A DNA stretch of 64,000 nucleotides, from NCBI RefSeq assembly GCF_006345805.1, contig NC_042998.1:131316001-131380000 (forward strand), written 5' to 3'. The notes beneath the pieces were generated by a model. The model was given only the letters and a program-made list of their open reading frames with translations, did no database searches and had not been told where the DNA came from. Positions 26,751 to 40,889 of this stretch are shown piece by piece (within the stretch, counting starts at the first letter, position 1; each line of letters begins with the position of its first letter). The translations under genes were made by a program, and so were the position numbers. The DNA is from Octopus sinensis (Eukaryota).

Positions 26751-28844
26751 TTACATCTATACAGACGGATAGAATGAATTCCAGGCTTGAGAAATAAGGA
26801 TTAGAGGTTCAACGAAAACCCCTTCAAATATATAACATTCTATATCTCTACAGTCTACCTATATTCTTTAAGCAATGTTCTTTTTCTATGCAGATTATAT
26901 ATTATTGCACTTTCCGGTTTTCTTGAACTTAAACTACATCAGTTTGCAGGAAATATAATCCTAGTTTTTCGATGAGCTCGCGAGCTACATTGGCAGTCGT
27001 TCTCGACTCTATAAAGGTACTCTTGGTAATGTTTATAGCAGAGTAAACTCGAATTTTTATCGATGTAATATTATTTCTCTGACTGGATAAGAACAATACC
27101 AGCGAATGTGCGCAGCGTAGCTATTTAAATAGTTAACATAAAGATTTCTAGCTGTGAAGTAGTATGGGATCTGTTGCAATATTTTTTTTTATCATGGCTA
27201 CATACTTTCTGAAAAAACAGAGACAATCATTAGATATATCAAACTAAATTGCAGAAAAGTTTGATTGGATAACTATGCATCATGTATTTTCGTTTAGCTA
27301 TCCTGTCACTTGTATATAGCTTATAAATAGGTATATATTAAGTATATAATCCATATTCAATTTCAGAAAATGGAAAGTTAACGATTAATAATTAATTTAT
27401 AAACATAATTAATTTATAAACAGCGGTGGTGCTCCAGCATGGCCGCGGCCTTCGGGCTAAAACATTTTAAAGGATTTTAAGGATTTATATTGATAATCAT
27501 TCCTACAATTGTTTTAATTCATACTCAATTAATTAATCGCAAATTTATGTAATAATTCTTCATCAGGAATTATAAAATATATACGTATACACACAAAATA
27601 AATTAGAGGGCGGGCTAATATCCTTTCTAAATTAATAAAAGGAATAAATGATTATTCATTACATGAACTATATAGATTCTATTACATAACGTTTCATAAG
27701 ATATACGATTATCAGAGAAATGGGTTTTCCAATGTTCAAGGTTTTTCCCAAAGATGCTAGCAGTTTCAAATAGACAGACTAGAGAATCAAACTTACGTCA
27801 CATGCTTTATTCACCGGGATTTTGGCCCCTACACTATATCTGTCTCCACAACTAGATCAAAATTTTGTAAGCTGCTAAGTTTGTGAATGAGAAAGAGTGA
27901 TCGAAACAGAAAGAAATAAAATAAGAAAATAGAAAGTGTCTGAGAAATATGCTAGAATAGGTAACTAGCATCTTAACCTACTCACCCAATTATATAAAGA
28001 TCAACAGCTGTGCCTTTGAGCAAATTGTTTTAGTTAATACTTTGCTATGTCTGTCAATCTATCATAAAATGAAAAGTGATTATGTTGGAACAAGCTGCGA
28101 AGTGGTTTGAAATGTTGAACGTGAGGCTATATCACGAATACTTGCCACATCAGGTCACGAGATCGTGTTGTTTATTGCCAAGTATACTTGGACACGACAT
28201 TTAGTTTGAATTTTTTCACTATACCAGTTTTCTAGCACTCATACTGTTCATGTAGAAACTCTGATTAAACAGGTAGATTACTGAAGTGTTTGAATCTCAA
28301 TGCAAATTGCTTGGAGTGCAGTAACACAACATTGCAGGATCATTATTATGGAATGCATTAAGTCTGGCCTGTAATGTTTAGCCTCTTAGCATATGCAGTA
28401 AGATGTGTACCATGTTTCGTGTAGAGTGTCACGTTCTAGGCTGTATCGCTGTCACATGGTTTGCCGTATTTATCTCTAGATACTCTATGTGACGTCAAAT
28501 TGAGTTTGACAATTTGAACACATTTCCGATGTAGAGTAACAATCGATAAGGACCAAATTTTGAAATCTTAGACTTTGCTATCAAAACCACAGTTTTGTGT
28601 GCTCCGGAAAGATTTTAACGATAAATGATATAAATATTCTCGTATTGCTTTGTTACCTTACTGCAGATGTGCAGATTGTTTTCGACGAAGAGAATGTGAC
28701 AAATGTAACGTGAACTTTCATTTGTTTTGTTTAATCTACATTCTTGAACCCTTTAACTAGATATCCAAAACCTGAAAGTACATTCTTCTTATGTGATTAT
28801 ATATCACTCCAACAAGAATGTCAAAGTACCATATTACTGACTGA

Positions 28845-30388
28845 GAGTTGGCTGGTTGGCATCCTTTCTGTCTCGGGAGACAATGGAGTTGCGCATAAAG
28901 TAGTCTAGTCCGGCTTTTATATTTCATGTCCTGATACATTTCCTGCTGTAGCTGTGTAGTCCTATCCTGGACAAACACTCCCTCTGGCAGGTACCGCAAA
29001 TGTAGCGAAGACTGTTCCCGGCTGGTTGTAATGCCATAGCCTCCTGTTGACGTCTCTTCTTTTCTTTCCATTTCTCCTCTCTCTCTCTCTGTCACTCCTT
29101 TGTATTCCCTCTTTTACGGTACGTCGCCATTCTCCACGGTTGCCGGCAACTGCCTCCCAACCGCTAATATTGATGTTGCAGGCCTTCATGTCCCTTTTGC
29201 AAACATCCTTGTAACGTAAGATCGGTCTACCCACAGACCAAGTACCCCTAGCAAGCTCTCCGTAGAGTATGTCCTTGGGGATTCTGCCATCTTTCATACG
29301 GCTAACATGCCCAAACCATCTTATACGTCTTTGTGTAAGGAGTGCAAACATGCTTGGTATTCCTGCTTGCCTGAGGACATCTTTGTTGGGGATATGATTC
29401 TACCATTTGATGCAGAGGATTTTTCGGAGGCAGCGTGTGTATAGCGTCCAGGTCTCACTTCCATACAGTAGAGTGCTGAGTACACATGCCTGGTTGATCT
29501 TCATTTTCGTGGTCTTGGTCAGCTTATTGTTGCCCCAAGCGTATATTGTTGTCCCAATGCGTATATTGAGCTCAACGTCAAGGGATAGGTTGTAGGTGAC
29601 GGTAGAGCCCAGATAGGTAAACTTCTCCACCTCTTGTAATCTGCGGTCTCCAATATGTATGTTTGGGATGTCCGATGTAGCCTGGCCCATGATGTTGGTC
29701 TTCTTAAGGCTGATAGCTAAGCCAAAGTCGTTACATGCTTGCTCAAAACAGTTAATGAGCCTTTGGAGGGCTTCTTCTGTGTGTGTTACCAGAGCGGCAT
29801 CATCAGCAAATAACATCTCCTTGATCAGGACGTTTCTGATTTTGGTCTTGGCACGCAGGCGCGAGAGATTGAACAGTTTCCCGTCACTTCTACTGTGCAG
29901 AAACACTCCATCATCTGATGTCTGAAAGGCATGTGAAAGTAAGAGCGAGAAGAAGATGCCAAACAATGTAGGAGCGAGAACACAATCTTGCTTTACCCCG
30001 TTTTTTATTTGGAAGGCGGCTGATGTTGAACCGTTGTGCTGTATGGTGCCTTGCATGTCATCATGGAAAGACTTGATGATCTTCAGCAGCTTTGGTGGAC
30101 ATCCGATTTTTTGGAGCAGGATGAAGAGGCCTGTTCTGCTTACCGAGTCAAAAGCCTTTGTTAGATCAATGAAGGCCATATATAATGGCATTTTCTGCTC
30201 TCTGGACTTCTCCTGAAGTTGGCGTATGGAGAATATCATATCGATAGTTGATCTGTTTCTTCTAAAGCTACACTGCAATTCCGAATAGATTCGAGAAGCA
30301 AGTAGTTGTAGCCTGGCCAGGGTAACGCGGGCAAAGGTCTTTCCAACAGTGCTTAGAAGGGATATACCACGGTAATTGTTACAATCAC
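28845..30388 (-). mobile_element. RTE-clade LINE, 5'-truncated, with frameshifts (ORFs 29400-30278 and 28962-29351)
   Basis: DCNNYRGISLLS, FIDLTKAFD, GVKQDCVLAP, LFADD, YLGS, RWFGHVSRM.DGRIPKDILYGEL, C-terminal CxxCxR..SRIGLHS. Confidence 0.92.
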
Positions 30389-31129
30389 ATTAACTGAGAG
30401 TTAATGGTTCGTATACTTAACTTCTGTCGAGTGTAAGTAGCCGCATTACTTAACTTTCACATGGTCCAATTCATCCAGTTGTTAACAGGTGTTATAGGGT
30501 ATGAGCATTTAATCGCTGTAAGCAAATTGACAAAGGTTTTATCCAAGCAAATATTTTATCCGTAAATAATTTGTTTGCTGAAGTTATAAACAAGAGCCAC
30601 GAATTTGTGTCAGATCCATTTTCTCGTTGTTCACAGTGCATATGAAAATTTATCATAATTTAAAATGATGATTTGAAAAATGATGTTATTTAGCCTTGGT
30701 ACTTTCGGGAAAACAAGCTCTTCATTATAGTATAGTTTAAAAGCGTTACATAGGGTCGTGATGCGTATATGGATGGTGTATACAAATGCATGATCTGCAA
30801 TGAGTGAATAAACCCGCAAGCAATTAGGACATTGGTTGCTGCCGTTTTGATTGCATAGTCTAAGTTAATGCAGCTCAAGCAGTATTATGATCAAGAGCAT
30901 TCATGTTTTGAACCTAGCAACACTTTCTATTTTCTTTCTTTCTTTCTTTTTTCTTTTTTTTTTTTTTTTTGTAGTATGCCATAAGTAACCCTCCACTTGT
31001 AAGGTGGTAAGTGTGATTTTGTGGAGATTTCAGTCTAAATCCAGTGGGTCTACGGATACGAATGAATGGCAACAAATGATCTCAACGGACAGCAATAATT
31101 TGAGCTTAATAACACTAACAAATAAAGAT

Positions 31130-31312
31130 GTGAGCTGACAGAATCGTTAGCACGCCGTGCGAAATGCTTAACGACATTTCGTCCGTCGCTAAGTTCTGAG
31201 TTCAAATTCCAACGTGGTCGACTGGTCGATAGAATAACCAATCGGGCACTGGAGGCGATATAAATCCACCTCAGCAATTGTTGGCCCTGTGCCAAAATTT
31301 GAAACCAGTAAT
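31130..31312 (+). mobile_element. SINE family 2 with internal deletion
   Basis: CAGAATCGTTAGC..GAGTTCAAATTCC..GGCCCTGTGCCAAAATTTGAAACC. Confidence 0.7.
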
Positions 31313-31524
31313 ACTAACAAGTCATCACCATCATCACTATTATCGTCATCATCACTACCAACAGCAGCAGTATTATTATCATCATACACTTCGATTATCA
31401 AAAAAAAGGCATTAACTTAGAAGAAATATCTCAAAAATGGTTCATGAAACCAGGAAATGTTTTGTTTAATCTCTTTCTTACGAGTTGTGTTGCTTAGATT
31501 CTACTTTCAGATATTCTTTTATTC

Positions 31525-31665
31525 TTTTATTCATTTATTCATTTACTTGTTTCAGTTATTTGTCTTTAGTCAAATCGGTCTTTTGCCGGACCGCTAGTTA
31601 CGGGGACGTAAACACACCAACATCTGTTGTCAAGCGATGGTGGGGGACAAACACAAATACACACG
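31525..31665 (-). mobile_element. SINE family 1 3' half
   Basis: GGGGACGTAAACACACC..GTCAAGCGATGG..GGGACAAACAC. Confidence 0.7.
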
Positions 31666-31671
31666 CACATG

Positions 31672-31733
<62 letters not shown>

Positions 31734-32044
31734 GATAAAAGTGGTGAGACAACAAAAGAATGAAAGCGACCTCGATATTATGTAAATAGAGGAATTTATC
31801 TGTAAATGTAATACGTGACAATTATTCGGCAGCCATGATAAAACTTCGAGTTTCGGATGCCGAGGTGCAAATCCACGCCGCCATCTCTTCAGTTATCTGA
31901 CTATCGGAAAAGTTGCATCATGGCTACCGAATAATTGTCACATATTACATATTACATATTACATTTTTACAGATATATATATATACACACATACATACAT
32001 ACATACATACACGTATATATATAATATATATATATATATAATAT

Positions 32045-32091
<47 letters not shown>

Positions 32092-32245
32092 GGGTGTGTG
32101 TGATTGTGTATAGAAGAATATATTAATAAAAGGAATTCCAACCTTGTCTGATGTTCACGTTTTATTTACAATCTTATAATGATATAATATAAGATAATAT
32201 AATAAAATAAAATAAAATAATAGAATGTTAAATGTTCATTCTGAT

Positions 32246-32290
32246 TGAACTAGTACTTTCATGCATTAATTTATGCAATCTTCAGGTCCA
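32246..32290 (-). ncRNA. Minimal type-I hammerhead ribozyme (left arm)
   Basis: TGGAC-CTGAAGA-T-TGCAT[AAATTA]ATGCA-T-GAAA-GTAC-TA-GTTCA: stem I 5 bp (one G.U), stem II 5 bp, palindromic GUAC stem III, UA cleavage site. Confidence 0.7.
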
Positions 32291-32366
32291 TGTAGTAGTG
32301 GTGACAGTCATGCTTCACAATTTTTGACTGTCAAAATTGTGAAGCATGACTGTCACCACTACTACA

Positions 32367-32411
32367 TGAACCTGAAGATTGCATAAATTAATGCATGAAA
32401 GTACCAGTTCA
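32367..32411 (+). ncRNA. Minimal type-I hammerhead (right arm), U16.1->C variant
   Basis: TGAAC-CTGAAGA-T-TGCAT..ATGCA-T-GAAA-GTAC-CA-GTTCA. Confidence 0.55.
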
Positions 32412-32530
32412 ATCAGAATGAACATTTAACATTCTATTATTTTATTTTATTTTATTATATTATCATATATTAAATCATTATATGATTGTAAATAAAACGT
32501 GAAAATCAGACAAGGTTGGAATTCCTTTTA

Positions 32531-32568
<38 letters not shown>

Positions 32569-33099
32569 CGACGGACTTATCTATCTATCTATCTGTCTGT
32601 CTGTCTGTCTGTCTATCTAACAATCCGTCTATCTAGATAGTTATGTATTTCGTTTGTCACTATTTTGTCTCTCATTCTCCCTATATCAGTCTCCATCAAT
32701 GATTCAAACACAAATGTATACATGAACATAGTCTTTCTTTTTCTCTCTCTTCTCATTTTATCTTCATTTAAATTTCTCAATTTCTTTGTCTTTCACCCTC
32801 TTCCTCCCCCCTCCCTCTCTCTCTCTCTCTCTCTCTCGTTCTCTCAGAGAGAGAGACAGAGAATAGTACGCAATGTTCGAACGTCAATCAACCTATTTAT
32901 CTATCCATCACTCCATCTCTTAATTTTCTATCTAACAATCTCTTTATATGTGCTTTACTTCCCTTTGGTTTCAACTACATATACGCATGCACACGCACAC
33001 ACGCAAATACACACACACATACACACATACACACACACACAAACACACATACACATACATACATACATATATACATACATACATACATACATACATACA

Positions 33100-33133
<34 letters not shown>

Positions 33134-33199
33134 CCACTCTTTCACACACACATATTGCACCCACATTCTAAGAATACAACACAGTCCTTCTGAGTCCTT

Positions 33200-33254
33200 G
33201 TTTCACTCTCTCACTCTTTTTCGCTCACACTTTCTCTCCCCTCTCTCTCTCCCC

Positions 33255-33285
<31 letters not shown>

Positions 33286-33753
33286 AGCTCTCTGTCTGTT
33301 TGTGTGTATGTTATGGCATGTTTCCTTCCATTGTATCTCCTTTCTTACAACGATTTCGCTCTTACTTTCTTTCCTCTCACTTCTGTCCTTCTCCCTAACT
33401 GTCTTTTTCTCTATATCTCATCATCCTTTCTCTCCACCTCTCCTTCTCCCCATCACTCGTTTGGTTTCTTCGTTTCCTGCATTTTCTTACACCCCTTCTC
33501 TATCTCCACTTTGCTTTCATCTTCATTCTCTTCCCTTCTTTATGCCCTAATCGCTAAGAATCTCCTCTTTCTCTTCACATCGTTCCTTCGAAGAACACTC
33601 AATTACACAGCAGAGTGGTTAATAATGATTACTGCAACAAGACCACCTACTCAGCTACCCCATAAACTTCTCTCCCGCTCTCTCTCTCTCTCTTTCTTTC
33701 TCTTGCTCTCTCTTGCTCTCTCTTGCTCTCTCTTGCTCTCTCTCCCTCTCTCT

Positions 33754-33784
<31 letters not shown>

Positions 33785-34192
33785 CTCTCTCCATTTTACT
33801 CTGTTTTTTCGCTCTCCCTTCCTCTCTCTTTCTGTTTGACTCACTCTCCTTCTCTCTCTCGCTCTGCGTCTCTTTCCTTTTCTCCCCCTCCTCCCTCTCT
33901 CTTTGAATCTCCTCTGTCTCTCTTTACGTCACTTTCCTCTTCTCTTTCTTTCTCTCGCTATCACTCTCTCACTATGCCTCTCTCTTTCTGTGTCTCTCTC
34001 CTTCTCTCTTTCTTTAATTCTCTGTCCTTCTGTTTCTCTTTACGTCACTTTCCTCTTCTCTTTCTTTCTCTCTCTATCTCTCTCTCACTCCGTCTCTATC
34101 TTTCTGTATCTCTCTCCTTCTCTCTCTCTTTGACTCTCTGTTCTTCTCTGTCTCTCCTTGCGTCGCTTTCCTTTTCTCTCTCTCTCTCTCTT

Positions 34193-34233
<41 letters not shown>
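33200..34233. repeat. Pyrimidine-rich (CT)n-derived low-complexity tract with internal duplications
   Basis: Direct reading; TCTCTTTACGTCACTTTCCTCTTC occurs twice. Confidence 0.85.
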
Positions 34234-34235
<2 letters not shown>

Positions 34236-34734
34236 AAAAGAAGTACCAGCAGCGTATTAAAAGCCCTACTTCCACCATCACCTTCACTTGTCTATGATGA
34301 AAGGTAAACAGCCAGGATTTTTTGGTGGTGATGGTTGAGAGAGAGGAACAAGTGATCGGAGTTTGGGAAGGTGTTGAAAGGTCAAATCCTTAACAACAAT
34401 CAATAAGTGATGTTAACCTGACCTCTGCACACATCACTGTTCCCTTATCTCAACATCCCCCCCCGCACTGCAGGCACCAACGCCGCAGCCGCCATCACTG
34501 CAACTACTACATCTCTGCTGACATTTCAGATGTAAAGTTCAACAATAACAATATTAACAAAAAGATATTAATGAAAATTTAGCAACAAAATCAACACACA
34601 CACGCACATACACACATACACACACAAATACACATACATGTTTGTGTGTATGTGTATTTGTGTGTGTGGTGTGTGCGCGCATACATACAAACATATATAT
34701 ATATATATATAAATATATATATATGTATATATAT

Positions 34735-34781
<47 letters not shown>

Positions 34782-36774
34782 ATATATATATATAGATATA
34801 TCTGTATTATAATATGAAAGTTAATTGAAATGTATGATTACTTTTTGTAATAGAATACAATTTCTACCCTTTCAGCGAAGAAAAAAGCTATTGCACCACA
34901 AATTTTATCTCTTCGGGAGCAGAAAATGTAGGATCAATCTGATCAATTTGTCATCTACTTATAACTTCATAAGGGAAAGTAGCCCACCTACGGTCGCTAC
35001 GGTCGTTCGTCGAACAGATCAGCAGATTATATTTATATTTAGTCTATATGTATAATGTGGGACTCAGCTAAACTGTTAAGCCACGGTTTGAAAAGTAAGC
35101 AGGGAGACAAATTCGCTGGTGTAGCCATTTATTTAGTTTTTCACAACGAGTCTAGAATTCAATGTTCGTTAAAACGTATATATTTAACATTTCAAATTTG
35201 CCTGAACGACAGTGCTGCTTTTATTAATCCACATTTACGCACCCATTCTGTTTCCAATAAGACTCGCCAGTTTAGCTGTCATACTTTGTATATACTATAA
35301 ATAGCTCTAAGCTATTAATATCTCGGAGGACAAAAGATGAGTTTTCTTTCCATGATGAAGGAATAAGGAAACTAGAACCTAGTCAAGCTGATCTTAGATT
35401 TGATTCTCTCAGAGAGATAAAACTTGTGTTGCAACCACTTTTTTTAGTCTTCACAGCGGCTAAAATTCTATACTTATTAAAAATGCAGAATACCTTGTGC
35501 TTTATAGCATGTGCTCTATATTAATGTGGAGGGAGTGTGTGTGCATGTATGTATTTGTGTGTATGGAGAGTTTATGAGTGATGTTATACATTTCAGCAGT
35601 CTAGACAACACAATCAAAACCATCGGACACTTAAATAAATATGAAATATTAATGTGGAAAGTGAAATTTTTATGCATGAGTTCACTGTTTATAATCATTC
35701 CAGCCATAGTAAATTTTGTAGGAACAGACAAAACTAGATGTCGTTTTTCTCTAAACAGATCAAACGAAATAAGCTACAAATCTTAAATAAACAAGCAGCG
35801 TACATTTACAATTTCCTCCGTAGTAAAATAAGCATTAACGATAAACATTTGAAATAAGCCAACATCTCAAATATTCTATTGATATAATATAATATGTATA
35901 ATACTGTAACATCTCGATATTAAAAAAAAAGGTCTTAGTTAAAAGAGTGCTCAATACTGTGAAAATAGATTCTCAAAGAAACATAAAATATATGTACACT
36001 GATACATTTAAATACACTTTGGAATATTGCAACAATAAAATAAAATGTTATATAATAATTGGCTTATAATCTTTATATATCGAAACATTACATGATATAA
36101 ATATTATACATACCCATGTCAGTGTATGCGCGCCCGCGTGTGTAAATGTAAGGCACAGGCACGGCTGGGTGGGAAGAAGTTGCTTCCCAATCACATGATT
36201 CCTGGTTCAATCCCACTGCACAGCACGTCGAGCAAATGTCTTTTAATATATAATATAACCTCAAAAGAACATAAATAAATATTTTCTTCAAACTTTTAAT
36301 TAATATTTCAGAAAATATTTCAAAACACAATAAGACTCGGTTTACAGCTGATGGTCGGAAACGAGTAATTCTGAGTGATAGATATTGGAACTTTCAGTTA
36401 CAAGGTTTTGAAGAATACTCTACATTCGTAGTGAGTTCTGTAATTAATTGCTTATGGTGAATCAACACACACACACTCACCCACACACATATTTATACAT
36501 GCACGCACCCAGTGAGAATTGTTTATAAAATTGTGGTGCAATGGCAAATCAAGAAACGAGACACATTAAAATAAATGTATGGATTATATTTATCTTTTAT
36601 TCGAGAGACTGTTTTCAGTAATATAGGCAAGACATGTCACCTATATTATGTATGAAGTTAAACACAATTCTCTTTCGAAAATTCCCGTTAACTCGACCAA
36701 AAATGAAATATGGTCGATCTGATAAGAAATTTCCGTCTACAAGCTCATCCCTACATTTCAGCCATTCCATCGTC

Positions 36775-37050
36775 TACATCATCATCATCATCATCATCAC
36801 TGTCGTCGTCTTCATTGTCATCATCGTCGTCATTGTCATCATCGTCGTCGTCGTAGTCGCCATCGTCGTTGTTGTTGTCGTCGTCATCATCGTCGATGTC
36901 ATCGTTGCCATCATCAACGTCAACATCGTCATCAGCGTCGTCATCATCGTCTTCGCTATGATCATTATTGTCATCATCATCATCGTCATCATCATCACCA
37001 TAGTCCTCCTCCTCCACATCATCATCATCATCCTCATCATCATCACTACC
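36775..37050. repeat. (ATC)/(GTC) trinucleotide repeat
   Basis: Direct reading. Confidence 0.9.
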
Positions 37051-37236
37051 TGTAAAACAACTGCCACTCCAACAACTGCCAAGACTACTATTAAAAGTAA
37101 CAATTACCACACCCCACGCACCACCCAACCACAATAACCACCAAATCTACTCACAGACATAAAATTATCTTCATAAACATGTGCGTTCGTGTGTGTGTGT
37201 GTGTGTGTTTATGTTTGTGTTTGTAGCTGTGTTTGT

Positions 37237-37278
<42 letters not shown>

Positions 37279-37972
37279 TAGTGTGTGTGTGTGTAGGTGT
37301 GCATATGTATCTATGTCTGTGCGTAGACTGTAATATGAATTCAGAAAACCAGACACCAAGGAAAAATATTATTTTATAAAAAGAACAAAACGGAAACAGA
37401 CATAGAAACAAAAATATTTGACGGGAAAAAAACAAACACAAAGCAAAAAGGGCGGAATGGAATAAAACGGGGAAGAATTAAAGAAGAAAATACAAAAAAA
37501 GTGAGTAAAAAATACAAAAATATTACTCTTTTATTTCACCATTCTGAGAAAATTATTTTATATGGTGACAGTCTTATCTAAGACTGCCATCATGTTATGT
37601 CATGTATTCTCTGAAAACGCACAATCAAACACACATATACACACACATGCACACACACTCACACACACACTTACACCTACGTACACACACATATAAACAT
37701 ATATATATATATATATGCATACATATATAAATATATACACAACTTATACGTAGATATACACGAATGTACATTCACACACAAACATGCATATATATATATA
37801 CACACACAAAATACACAGAAATTTTATATCTCCTTATCCAAAGAAAGTTAAAATATGACAATTCACAATCATCCGTGCATCCAGTCATAACAACCCGTAT
37901 TTCTTTTTTTGATTATGCATCCGATGGAGATTGATATATTAGAAAAATATTCACTCCAATGCACACGCACAC

Positions 37973-38070
<98 letters not shown>

Positions 38071-38359
38071 ACATATATATGATATTATATACATTAGAGA
38101 ATTGGAGCCACGAAATGTACATAGTCTATCTACTAATTATATACTGTTTTATTATTATGTACTTTTTGTGATCTAGATAAATCCTTTATCATATGTTTTA
38201 TTTTTTGTTTATGGTATGATTTAAGTCTATCATTGTTTGAATTACATAATAGTGGTTTTTCTCTAATTTATATATATTATATATTTATATTGTGAAATTT
38301 GGTTTAATACTAAACTGAATTTTTCCCTGTAAGTTTGGAGTTATACTCCCTAATATTAT

Positions 38360-38394
<35 letters not shown>

Positions 38395-38395
<1 letters not shown>

Positions 38396-38700
38396 CTATA
38401 TATATAAAACTCAACTTGTGTGTCTGTGTGTGTATCTGTGTGTGTGTTTGTGTTTTTAACTTCCCGGCACATCTCCTCCTAGCCAACAAATCGTAGAACC
38501 ACCAAAAATGGGTCACTTAAAGTTTAGGCAAATGAAAATTGAACTGCGCTATTTCTGTTCCGAAATTCATTTCGCAAGTGCAAAAATCATAATGTGTTTG
38601 TTTAGGCCTTATCCCATGCATTGAATAGTGAACTTTATTCAGTCAGCTGTTTGACGTGAACTGTGTTCACCACGCGTGCAAGCATGCGTAAATTGCATGA
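38395..38700 (+). mobile_element. Helitron-like 5' fragment
   Basis: A|TCTATATATATAAAA start followed by TGTC/TG repeats as in the other copies; no 3' end seen. Confidence 0.4.
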
Positions 38701-38764
38701 AATATATATATAAATTAGAAAAAGGAAAAAAAAAAATATATATATATATATATACGTGTTTGTG

Positions 38765-39222
38765 TGTGTGTGTGCCTGTGTTTGTTACTGCCAACATTGC
38801 TTGACAACCGATGCTGGTGTGTTTACAACCCTTTAACTTAGTGGTTCGGCAAAAAAGAGACCAATAGAATAAGTACTAGGCTAACAAAAAATAAGTCCTG
38901 GTGTTGATTTCTTCGACTAAAGGTGGTGCTCCAGCATGTCCGCAGTCAAATTATTGAAACAAAAAAGAATAAAAGAATATGTATCACGTTGCTCCAGTTC
39001 ACTCAGCTGTAGAAATGAGTTGCGACGTCACTGGTGCCAAGCTGTATCGACCTTTGTCTTTCCCTTGGATAACACTGGTGGCGTGGAGAGGGGAGGCCGG
39101 TATGCATGGGCGACTGCTAGTCTTCCATAACAACCTTGCCCGTACTTGTATCTAGGAGGGTAACTTTCTAGGTGCAATCCCATGGTCATTCTGACCGAAG
39201 GGGGTCTTTACCCCTTTACCCT
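38765..39222 (+). mobile_element. SINE family 1 3' half followed directly by SINE family 3 3' part
   Basis: Homology to 10621-10860 (reverse complement) and 23292-23520 (reverse complement). Confidence 0.8.
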
Positions 39223-39243
39223 TATATTATATAATATATATAT

Positions 39244-39323
<80 letters not shown>

Positions 39324-39488
39324 TATATTTAATGTAGGATAAACTTTTTTCGAAAATAATTTTATCAATTGCCAGCATATTAAAAAAATACCTTTAACGG
39401 TTAAAATTTCTAATGCCAAATATGCCAATGTCCAATTTTCGGCATATTTGGCATTAGAAATTTTTTCATTTGCCCATATTTATAAGTT

Positions 39489-39880
39489 ATATATATGTAA
39501 ATAACGCAGAAGTTGTCTGTGTATGGCAGGCTTGGTAGCCTTCAACTAACACTATCTCCTCCAAGACCCTGCAGCGCAAGTTGATCAAAATTGAAAGTAT
39601 GCTAGAAGAAGGCTTGCTCTTTATTCCATAGAAGAAAAAATTCAAATCGGACCATGCTAACACCAAAAATTATTTACATCAAAAGGTGCTTTTTTTCTAT
39701 GAATATTCCTATTTTATACGAATTTTTGACTGCTGTGTTGCCATTTTTCGGTGTATTTCAACCAGAAAAATGTTCACGTAAAGAGAATAACAAGCTACAT
39801 AATGCAGAATTTTTACTTTTCAAAAATTCCAATTCTAAAGGGTCGAAACAAACCCAAGCAACGCCGGGCAATACTGCTAG
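39489..39880 (+). mobile_element. Non-autonomous Helitron-like element, second family
   Basis: Ends CCCAAGCAACGCCGGGCAATACTGCTAG|T, nearly identical to the 25786 terminus. Confidence 0.7.
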
Positions 39881-39983
39881 TATATATATATATATATGTA
39901 GGTCCCGGGTTGATTCGGGGTTAACCACAGTAAATAAGGTACTCAATACATAGCAGAGTAAAATTAATTTATTATATAGAAGG

Positions 39984-40034
39984 AGCTTCTACAGGACTAG
40001 AACTGTTTCATTCAAGAGAAATCATCAGGAAGCT
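39984..40034 (-). ncRNA. Type-I hammerhead ribozyme (left arm)
   Basis: Exact reverse complement of 41970-42020. Confidence 0.75.
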
Positions 40035-40842
40035 AGTTAACAAGAATTGTATTGGCCTTTATACATTTAGGCAGGTTTAAAGGGGTGGTGGTGGGGGACT
40101 TTTTGGGGGTAGGCATAGCGCAAAAATATCATACTTGGGTGAGTGGTCAGGAGTCAGTGGTAAATTAGATAAAAGAATAAATAAAAGAATAAAAAAAATA
40201 TATAGAAGAATAGAGTTTTAGGTAAATAAGGAGATTCTCACTTATACATATACACTATGTAATATATATACAACACACACACACACATATACATACACAC
40301 ATACATACACACACACACATATATAATATGTGTATATGTACATATACGTGTACGCTCGTGTGTTTATGTATATGTAGGTACGTAGAGTTATGTATGTGTG
40401 TATGTATATGTACATATGTGTAAGTATGTATGTATATATATATATATATATATGTGTGTGTGGTAAGTTTATATGTATGTATCCGTCTGTATAATAGGTA
40501 ACTATACGTATATATACTTAATATTTATTATTTATTTTTTGAGTATGCAGGTATGTATATGAATAACTGCACGTATATATATTTTATTATTTATTTTTTG
40601 AGTATGCATGTAAGTATATGAACATAAGGAGGCGCGTGTGTGTGTGTGTATGTATAAGCATATGTATAGATATATGTATACTTTTACGCATGTGTGTAAT
40701 TATGTGTATATATGGATGCGCGCGTGTGTGTGTGTGTATGGGTACGCATGTATATGTGTATGTGTGTGTATGTGTATATGTGTATGTATGTGTGTGTATG
40801 TATGTATGTATGTATATGTATGTATGTACATGTATGTATGTG

Positions 40843-40889
<47 letters not shown>

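Larger units (their letters stand above)
32118..32539. repeat. 422-bp near-perfect palindrome (arms ~210 bp, centre 32329)
   Basis: Arm-by-arm reverse complement with about 7-8 differences; flanked by (TA)n. Confidence 0.95.
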
